A DNA stretch of 63,346 bases, the filler included, from Folioceros fuciformis (lineage: Eukaryota): NCBI GenBank assembly GCA_049999805.1. It is 7 parts of 7 records of this genome, joined end to end, with 100 filler letters (N's around TTAATTAATTAA, not from the genome) between each part and the next. Parts side by side here need not be neighbours in the genome. Positions count along the whole stretch, not along the records: positions 43,500 to 53,710 come from JBNGIO010005741.1; positions 53,811 to 59,097 come from JBNGIO010005750.1; positions 59,198 to 61,722 come from JBNGIO010005761.1; positions 61,823 to 63,346 come from JBNGIO010005766.1; 3 more parts are not named here. One strand, 5' to 3'. The translations under genes were made by a program, and so were the position numbers. A model generated the notes under the pieces. That model did not search any database. It had not been told where the DNA came from and saw only the letters and a list, made by a program, of their open reading frames with translations. Below are positions 50,351 through 63,346 of this stretch, one piece after another (position 1 is the stretch's first letter; every line of letters begins with the position of its first letter).

Positions 50351-51301
50351 GGCACGAGATGCAAGCAGGTGGCCCTTTCTCAAGGGGCTAAGCCAAGCGG
50401 GGCAGTTGGGAGGAGGTTCGTGGCTCCAGAGAAAGAGGCATCAATGTTGCTGTGGGCAATGTTGCTGTGGGCCTTTGGAGCAGTCAACCTGGGTAGCACC
50501 GAATGCCTCGTGGACCATGCATTGCTACTTCTGCAACTAGATTGGGACCAGAGCGACGCACCTCCCCTACGGGCAGCCAGAGGACATAACTAACATTTGG
50601 CTGTCCGTCGACGAGCAGCACGTCGGGCTGCTCGCAGGCGGAAGGTCTGAATACAGACGTTCTACTCGCAGGTGGAGAGCCAGATGGCGGGAACAAGGCT
50701 GCTCCTCAAGGGCATCAGAAAGGTAATTGGGCTAGACCATGGGGCCTCCTTGGCCAACAGGATGGGGAGTAGACGATAAGAGGATGGTGGAGGCTTTGAA
50801 GGGTTGTAGGATGATTCGAGGGAAAGGGATGATTTGAGGGAGGAGAGGAGAGTGTTGAGGAGCACTTCGGATTTTTGCTTAGTTGTGAGAGGCTTACAAT
50901 TTGGACAGAGGGCAACTAGCGGTGTCCAAGAGGGTAACTGGCAATTAGGTGCAGGGGTAGGTTAGAGTTAGGCGCGGGTTAGGTTGCGATCAGAACCAGG
51001 TCTGACTTATGTTTAGGTCTGTTTAGTTTTAGGTTAGACTTGGCTTAGGTTTAGGTCAGAACTGGGTGTAGGTTAGAGCTAGGTGCGGCTTAGGTTAGAG
51101 AGAGGCTGTTAGGTGGTTGATTGAGGTTAACCCTAGTAGACAGAGATGAAGGGTTGGGTGAAGGTAGTATAAGAGGGTAGACCTGCCATTGAGGAGGGGG
51201 CTGTCTACGGTGTGATGTCCCTGGACCTTGTGTGCAGAACTCTTGGCTTAGGGCGCTGAGCTGGTTGAGATTGAACCAAGGTCCTGATTCCCCTTGCCAT
51301 T

Positions 51302-51808
51302 AGGGGAACGTGTAGATCCCAAGACTGTCAAGATCCGTGTGGCCGGATCCACAAGGGCTGAATGATTCGTAGGCAGGTTGGAGTGAAGGGACAGGACCGT
51401 GAGCCTGGAGGGCTATCCAGTCCTAGTATCCACACTATGGCTGCAAGGAGTGAAGCCGTTGTGTTCCAATTTCCAGGGAATAGCTGAGGCAAGGAGAGGA
51501 AGAGTTGGAGTGAAATGCATAAAAGTGAAGGGTGAAGGGCTGAAGTGAAGAGGAAAGGACTGAAGTGGAATCATGAAGGGCTGAAGTGAAGAAGAAAGGA
51601 CTAAAGTGAGAATCATGAGGAGCTGAAGGACTGAAGATTTGGAGTGTGAGTGTTTGTGAGCTGATTTGAGGATAGGCTAGGCTTCTGGCCTCCTTGTTGT
51701 GTGTGTATGGTTAGGCCTATAGACCGGTTGATAGGTAGAAGTGTGATAGGTAGTGTTCCTTAGCACTAGTTCACTCCCCTGGGAGCGAATCACGAGACTG
51801 CAACGACA
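51302..51808 (+). mobile_element. Putative PPT-like tract and LTR with internal ~41-bp tandem repeat
   Basis: AGGGGAACG then TGTAGAT at 51310, ending ...ACGACA at 51808 where the neighbouring ORF is cut. Repeat GGGCTGAAGTGAAGARGAAAGGACTRAAGTG at ~51537 and ~51578. Confidence 0.4.
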
Positions 51809-52377
51809 GTAAGGGGATGTGTGGGTCTTTGGTGGTTCTTGGGTGCAAGAAATCACTCCACAAGCAGCTAGAAGATGGCGTCTGCGATGTGGTTTGTCTT
51901 CTACACCATCAACCAGTGCACGAAGAGCTTGGCCACCACACGCATCCTCCAGTCCTTGAGGTTGTGGATCAACTACCCATTTGAGGTCTTGAACAACCCT
52001 ACGGCCAGCAGCTTTGTCTGCGCCTCCTTCAAGATCGCCTTATTTTGTTGCTCTCCCACGTAAAGTCCGCCCCGCTCGTCGTGGGGACGCTCGTAGACGT
52101 CCCGAAGCATTTGGATCGTCTAGAGCATGGGGATCTTTTGCAACTGCTTGGACATTATCTTCCCATGCACTCATGCCTGAAGGTTGCACAAGAACTCTCG
52201 GACTGCCTCCGTGGATTGCACACTCCAACAGGCCTGGAAGAGTCAAAGGTCCCACTAGACCACCAGGTCTCCAGCCGCTTGCAGCCATGGCATGAAGTTT
52301 ACGTAGCCATGCATCCGAATGTTCTCCTCTACTAGCTTCCAGGGCTGGCCAGCTTCGATAAATTGTCTGGGCGCCAT
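51809..52377 (-). pseudogene. Decayed retroelement accessory ORF, N-terminal ~185 codons
   Basis: Single frame from ATG 52377: MAPRQFIEAGQPWKLVEENIRMHGYVNF...AVREFLCNL...TIQMLRDVYERP...NG*LIHNLKDWRMRVVAKLFVHWL. Eight stops, all TAG/TGA. Confidence 0.5.
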
Positions 52378-52432
52378 CTCTACTACTATCGAGAGGAAGG
52401 GAAGTAGAGAGGAAAACAAACCCTAAAACCCG

Positions 52433-53710
52433 AGAACTCATCAATGAAAGTGACAAAATAAGATGCACCGCCTAACGATACAGTGGGCATAGGTCCACAA
52501 ATGTCACTGTGAACCAACTCAAGAGGTTTACTTTTGTGTTTACCTCTTGCTCCATGTGGTGACTTCGTTTGTTTCCCATACAAACAATGCTCACACACAG
52601 AGAAATTAGGGAAGTCAAAAGCAGGAACGTAACCAAAACGAGATAAGATCTTCATTCCTTTTTGAGACATATGTCCTAACCGACTATGCCACAAGGAAAC
52701 ACTTGGTTGTTCCGTTACACAAATCACATGATCCTTGACAGTGGTTACCTGCAGTGAGTACAAAGTGCCACACTTCGATCCACGAGCTAAGACAAGAGAA
52801 CCTTTGGAGATCTTCCAAGAATGATCTTCAAACCAACAATGGTAGCCAGCGTCATCCAACTGCCCTGCGCTGATCATGCTTTTGGCCAACTTCGGAACAT
52901 GCCTAACATCCTTCAGTATGAATGAAGATCTATTATCGAACTTCAGCTACACATCACCAACGCATGCAACCTCGCATGCGTTGTTATTTCCAAGCCGTAC
53001 ACATCCTTTCCTAGTAGCATCATACGTGCTAAACCACTCCTTATGCGAAGTAAAATGGAAAGATGCTCCAGAGTCAATCATCCAATTAGAGAATAAGTGG
53101 CTCTCCATGGCTCTCAGTTGTGCAGAATCGAAGGAAGAAGAGATGAGAACATCTCCATCGTTAACAGAATTCACCTCGTTAGACTTGGTACTCAGACTTG
53201 CCTTGTTGTCGCTTTGCTTCTTCTCCTTTCCTTTGTCTCTCTTGAACTTCTCGGAGTCCTTCCTAATGTGACCCTTCTTGTGACAATGGTAACACTCAAC
53301 ATTGTTACGACTACGAGATTTGCTACGAGAAGAACTTCGCTCCTTGTACTTCCCCTTTGAAGTGGACCTTCCTCTCACCATGAGGGCATTGGAACCTTTC
53401 GAAGGTTCCATATTTTTCTTGTTCACCTCCTCTGTTAATAGGCTACCTTCTACATTTACAACGGTAAGACCACTGGCAGGAGAGAAATTACTCAGAGCTG
53501 TACGAAAGGTGTCCCAACTTTCTGGTAATGTGACCAACAAAAACATAGCTCTCACGGAATCTAGGAACGAGATACCTTGAGATGAGAGCTGTCTGAAAAT
53601 GGTACTGAACTCGTTCAAATGATTGGACATCCTCGTCCCTTCCTTCATCTTCAAGTCCACCAGCTGTTTCAACCAGTACACCTGAGAAGCCACACTTTGC
53701 TTCTCGTACA
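52433..53710 (-). mobile_element. Second copy (gag-PR-IN N-terminus) of the Tnt1-like copia family at 43500
   Basis: Translation nearly identical to 43503..44828; truncated at FIDEFS. Confidence 0.97.
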
Positions 53711-54278
53711 NNNNNNNNNNNNNNNNNNNNNNNNNNNNNNNNNNNNNNNNNNNNTTAATTAATTAANNNNNNNNNNNNNNNNNNNNNNNNNNNNNNNNNN
53801 NNNNNNNNNNAGTTCTTTCACGTTGTCGGAAGTTGAGTCAGCCGTTCTCTGGATTGTACCTCATGCACATCTATCTAATTTTTGCAAGTTCTTGCCTCTT
53901 TCTGCCGAACCGGGCCGGTTGAATTTCTCGAACGATGTCTGCCGGAATCCAGGTACCTAGCCAGGTGGTTATGCGGTTTCTTTTTCTTCTCGCTTCTCCT
54001 CCCTCAGATTTCTGATGTCAAGCTGCAACCTCTCGATCTCCATGGAGTGATCCTTAGGTTTTCCCAGACATTTTCCACCTGTTTCCGGTATAAATCTGTA
54101 CACACCCTTAAAAGACGAAACATGTGGGGTCGTCGGAATAGTTGCCGTGGAGGCACAGTCATTCTTGAAATTAATGGTTGGGCCGCTACAAATAAGCAGA
54201 CAACAGATCTGCCTAAGGAAGCATAATTACAGTTTAAGGAATGGTAAGTGACGAGATCTGGGAATCACACGAAACTAG

Positions 54279-57090
<2,812 letters not shown>

Positions 57091-57818
57091 NNNNNNNNNN
57101 NNNNNNNNNNNNNNNNNNNNNNNNNNNNNNNNNNNNNNNNNNNNNNNNNNNNNNNNNNNNNNNNNNNNNNNNNNNNNNNNNNNNNNNNNNGCCCCAGTAA
57201 AACGTTAAAATCAATTGAACTAGGTAAAACCAAACCACCCCGAAACGCGAAACGGCGACACCATCCCCCGCCAAGCCTTCAAAATATGTACTGTACAGTG
57301 CTGTGCTGTAATTTTAAAACCCGGCGCCGCAAAATGTGTGACGAAATCGGGCCGGGTGGCGGGAGGGCCCGCCCCATCCGACCAGGATCTGCGGGGGCCC
57401 GCTCCTGCGCCACGGGAAGCCGGGAGCAGGGAAGGAGAGGGAGCAGAAGGGAAGGAGACCGAAGGAGGCGGCCACCAACAAATTCGCGCCATGTCTGCAT
57501 CAAGCTCGACTCCTCCTCGTGGACATTGATCTTCAACTCCGTAAATTTGTTGCGGCCTCCACGTGATTACTTCGCCCCTTCACTCCATGGTGTCGCCAAC
57601 CCTGCGTTCGGCTCAGGAACACACACTCGCCGACAGCATCATCAGCGGCAAGAGCAGAAGCAGGAACGCCAGCCTTTGTCTTGCCGTCCTTGGTGCTGGA
57701 AGAAGCGGCCCGTGCTCCCCCACCTCCAGGACGGATCGCGGCAGGTCGGGTCCCGGTTCTTGGATTGGAGACGCTCCAGAGCCCGGCGCGGGGTGAGAGC
57801 GGGGACGGCGTAGCAGGC

Positions 57819-59097
57819 ATGAGTGTGACGACGATGGTGGCGGGAGCGAGGAAGGGCGGGAATGGGAAGTTTCTGGCGATGGCGGAGCTGCGGAACCGTG
57901 TGGTGGCGGCGCTGAACAAGCTGAGCGACCGGGACACGCAGCAGATCGGGGTGGAGGATCTGGAGGGCATCGCGCAGGGCCTGACGGGGGAGGGGATCGG
58001 GGTGTTGCTGGCCTGCCTCTACGACACGGACGGGGAGCAAAAGACGGTGACGAGGCGGGAGTGTGTGCGGCTGCTGGGGACCCTGGCGGGGCTGCATCCG
58101 GAGCTGCTGTCCCCGCACCTCCCTCGCATGGTGGGGAGCATCGTGCGGCGGCTCAAGGATCCGGACTCCGGGGTGCGCGAGGCCTGCGCGGACGCAATGG
58201 CCAGCCTCGCGGCCCGGGTGCCGTACCCCGCCGGGACCGCCACGGGGGCGGGAAGCGTCCAGGACATCGCGGGGGTAGCGGCCTGCTCGGCCGCGGTGGG
58301 AGTGTACGTGAAGCCGCTCCTGGACGCGCTGCGGGATCAGAGCCGGAGCGTGCAGACGGGGGCTGCCGTGTGCCTGGCGCGGGTGGTGCAGGAGAAGGAG
58401 AAGCAGAAGCAGCTGCCGGTCGGGGTGCTGCAGCGCCTGGTGCCCAGGGTGGTGAGGATGATGGGGAGCCCGGTGTTCCAGGCCAGGCCGGCGCTCATGG
58501 GAGTGATGGCGAGCCTGGCGCCGGCGCTCGAGGCCGCCGGGGTGACCGGGGTCCCGATGCTGGCCTCCCTGCTGCTTTTTTTGTCCGAGGGGCTAGAGAG
58601 CGGGGACTGGGCCCTGCGGAAGGCCGCGGCCGACGCGCTGCTGCGTTTCGCGGATACGCTGGATCCCGCGCTGCTGAGCCCCTATCGGGCCGCGCTGGGC
58701 CCGGCGCTGGAGTCCGCCCGGTTTGACAAGGTGAAGCCGGTGCGGGACAGCGTCGCCGAGGCCCTGCGGGTGTGGAAGACGCTGCCCTGCGACGATGACG
58801 GAGATGGGGCGCCAGAGGTGCCCGCGCCGGAGAAGGTGGACGCCGGTGGTGGCGGAGGGGACTCCGCTGTGAGGAAGCGCAGCCCCGTGCTGAGTGACAG
58901 GAAGACGAACCTGGACTTCTTCAGGAAGATCGGGGGCGGGAGGAGCGACGAGCAGGAGATCCAGATCGATGTGCGCGCGCCTCCTCCGGGTGCCGGTGGT
59001 GTGACGAGCCCCGTTGTGAACGAGATACCCTTGTTCGAAGCAGCCAGGAGGGTGGAGACCAGGGTGGGGATGAGGGAGGTGGAACGGACCTTGGAGA
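57819..59097 (+). CDS. TOR1/SPR2: TORTIFOLIA1/SPIRAL2-family HEAT-repeat microtubule-associated protein, 5' part (truncated by contig end)
   Basis: ELRNRVVAALNKLSDRDTQQIGVEDLE, RRECVRLL, IVRRLKDPDSGVREAC, DWALRKAAADAL, LESARFDKVKPVRDSVAEAL..WK. Uninterrupted GC-rich exon; first ATG at 57819. Confidence 0.93.
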
Positions 59098-59197
59098 NNN
59101 NNNNNNNNNNNNNNNNNNNNNNNNNNNNNNNNNNNNNNNNNTTAATTAATTAANNNNNNNNNNNNNNNNNNNNNNNNNNNNNNNNNNNNNNNNNNNN

Positions 59198-61722
59198 AGA
59201 AAAAATCATGGCGGCTAAGTTCCAACCGAACAGATCAAAAGGCAGGATTCACCCTCCAAGACAGTGAATCTGGGCCATCAAACACCTCAAAGAAGTATGG
59301 AAATTGTAACTGGTGTGGAATACCGGGCCATTGGGCTAGAGACTGCCGTAAGAAAAAGGCAGGCGAACCCCAGAAGAAAGTATCCACCAGTCTTGCTGTT
59401 AAGGATAAGAGCTCGAGTGATCCCTTGACTTCTACAGATAATTGCAAAGGAACGGTTAGAATATACACGATATGCCTCTCAAATTCAATGCATGATAGGG
59501 ACAGTTGGTACTTGGATTCAGGTGCGACTGCCCATATATGCAAGGACAAAGACCTGTTCTTGTGCCTGGACACATCTCATGTCTCTGACAAGGTGTTGTT
59601 GGGTGATGAGAAGAATGAAACAGGCCTTCAAATTGAAGGGAGGGGTAAATGCATCTTTAGGCTACATGATAAAACTAACCTGACTTTGGATGATGTTTTG
59701 TATGTCCCAAGGATGGCCAAAAACCTTGTATCCTTGAGCCGGCTGATGAGCCTGAGGGCATACAATATGTTTGCAGACCAGAGTTCCTGCTCTTTTTACA
59801 CTTTTGCTGTCCCACACAGGCTAGTGTTTAGGGGTATCCCTGATTGTGACCTGTACCGACTGGACGTTCACTTCAGGTCTGAACCTGTCACCATATCCAC
59901 TACCATAGGTCAGATGGACTCCAAACAGTTAGCTTCCTTATGGCATGCCAGGCTTGGCCATGCCAACAGGGCAAAGTTAATTGACATGGCTGCTAAGGAT
60001 TGCTACAGAGAACCCTTACCCAAATGCTTCAAGGACTTGCCTATCTATGAGGCCTGTATCCTTGCTAAGAAGAAGGAGCAGCCATTTCCCAGTACCCCTA
60101 CACATAGGGCCAGCCATGTACTTGAGTTAATTCATGCGGATATATCAGGAAAAATTCATGAGCAGTCCCTTGGAGGCTCTCGGTATTACCTTAGCCTCAC
60201 TGATGATTTCAGTAGATACTCATGGACTTTCTCGATGCAGCTCAAGAGTGACACTTTTCAGACTGGCTTCCTGTTGTGCAACGACAAACTGGACAGGTTG
60301 TAAAATGGCTTCGCACTGACAATGGTGCTGAATTTGTCAATATGCAATTTGATGCCTACCTGCAGGAGTACGGGGTTCAGCGTCAGTTGACGGTCCCATA
60401 CACCCCACAACATAACGGAGTTGCCAAGCGTAAAAATCAGACTTTACTCGGCATGACTCGCAGCATGTTGCTTTGGGCTGGACTTCCCCAAGGATATTGG
60501 GCAGAGGCAGTTGTAGCTGCCACCTACATTTTGAACAGGGTGTATACAAGCGTTGTGCAAGGCCAGACCCCTTATGAGGTGTTTTGGAGACGTAAGCCTA
60601 GTATTCTCCACCTCCGAGTCTTCGGCTCCCGTGCTTTTGCTTATATCCTTGCTGACAAGAGGAGGAAGTTAGACAATAGGGCACAGGGCCTTCTTTTCAT
60701 CGGATACACTGAGAATGTCAAAGCTTACAAGCTGTATGAGAAACATTGGCATTCTATTATCCTGGCGCGAAGTGTTACCTTTTTGGAGCCTCATGTGCCT
60801 GTGGGAGAGCCACCTTCAGAGGGAGCCACAACTGGTCCAGAGGGAGTTGACGAGTGCGATGAATCTTCATTGAATCCTGAGCCTGCACATGTTGACTACC
60901 CTCAAGACGATGTTGTCCCTGATGGTGATCCTCCACTAGAACCTAGCAATGATCTTGCACAAGTTCAACTAGATGTGTTAGCACAGGAAGATCCTCAGCA
61001 GGCAGCACCTCCCGAGCAAGACCCTCTGGGGTTTTTTGACATACGTCAGGATGACCACTTGGATGGAGCTCATGATCTATTGGAAGAGAATGACTTCCAG
61101 GGCATTCCAGAACATGCTGAACCATCACCTGGTGTTGATGACCCACATGAACAAGAGCTTCAATGCTCCACACGATACAAACCTGTTAGGTCGGACTGGA
61201 AGGAACTTCCATACCAGTCAATAGACACTCATCTTCAGCAGTCACAGTGCCCTTACCTGATGAACCCATGACCCTGTTACAAGCCTTCAATGGTCCAGAA
61301 GCTGCACAATGGCATGTAGCAGTCAAGAATGAATATTAGTCCTTAGTTAAAAACAAGACCTGGACCCTTGTACACCTGCCACCTGGAAGGAAACCCATCT
61401 CCTGTAAGTGGGTGTTCAAGTTGAAATTGAATGCAAAAGGTGAAGTTGCAAGGTTCAAGGCAAGACTTGTAGCGAGAGGCTTCACTCAAGTTGAGGGTCT
61501 TGACTACCAGGAAACCTTCTCATCTGTTGTAAGGGCGCAGTCCATCCGAATGATTCTCGCACTCGCCACAGAGTACGATTTAGATCTTCAGCAGATGGAC
61601 GTGTGTACAGCTTTCCTCTATGGGGCTTTGGACGAGGACCTTTACATGCAGCAACCAGAGGCATATGTTGATCAAAAGCACCCACACAAAGTGCTGAAAC
61701 TGCTGAAGTGTATATATGGCCT
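59198..61722 (+). mobile_element. Decayed Ty1/copia gag end-PR-IN-RT, related to the elements at 22086 and 25846
   Basis: CNWCGIPGHWARDC, WYLDSGATAHIC, and LWHARLGHANRAKLIDMAAKDCYREPLPKCFKDLPI (cf. 24545 ORF: LWHARLGHANRSKLVDLSKQDCYKEPLPRCFKDLPI); RTDNGAEF, QMDVCTAFLYG. Confidence 0.95.
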
Positions 61723-61822
61723 NNNNNNNNNNNNNNNNNNNNNNNNNNNNNNNNNNNNNNNNNNNNTTAATTAATTAANNNNNNNNNNNNNNNNNNNNNN
61801 NNNNNNNNNNNNNNNNNNNNNN

Positions 61823-63346
<1,524 letters not shown>

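Noticed and set aside
48158-50364. Numerous Pro/Arg/Gly/Ala-rich ORFs
   Set aside because: Open in all frames because of high GC and low complexity; no recognisable motifs.
50945-51130. Interstitial telomere
   Set aside because: Only scattered TTAGG words, no run of TTTAGGG units.
53811-54230. Possible terminal exons of a plus-strand gene converging on spastin (pyrimidine tract plus CAG at ~54007)
   Set aside because: Splice-like signals are present, but no recognisable protein and the contig starts here; cannot be supported.
57533-58726. Long overlapping and antisense ORFs across TOR1/SPR2, and the TTG start at 57681
   Set aside because: Shadow frames of a very GC-rich exon; family similarity begins after ATG 57819.

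Overview
Nuclear DNA of a seed-free land plant: the 5.8S rRNA carries GAATTGCAGAATTC rather than the seed-plant GAATTGCAGAATCC, and host introns are short. The window is not continuous. Six N-TTAATTAATTAA-N linkers join seven contigs (1-25745, 25846-40020, 40141-43399, 43500-53710, 53811-59097, 59198-61722, 61823-63346). Most of it is nested, decayed LTR retrotransposons (many Ty1/copia, one Ty3/gypsy), plus a CRE-like restriction-endonuclease non-LTR remnant and two abutting pieces of a 45S rDNA unit. There are three host genes: a complete 21-exon BSL2/3-type Kelch phosphatase, and a head-to-head pair of microtubule regulators (spastin with a 14-nt microexon; TORTIFOLIA1/SPIRAL2-like). The most unusual signal is that the copia elements carry extra genes. 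One has an intact 218-aa ORF between PBS and gag, and its MPR..ESR and NDxDFPY motifs recur in the leader of a second copia. Two other 3' ends have 200-310-codon antisense ORFs just before the PPT/3' LTR. All translations and exon calls were made by hand; no database searches were run.
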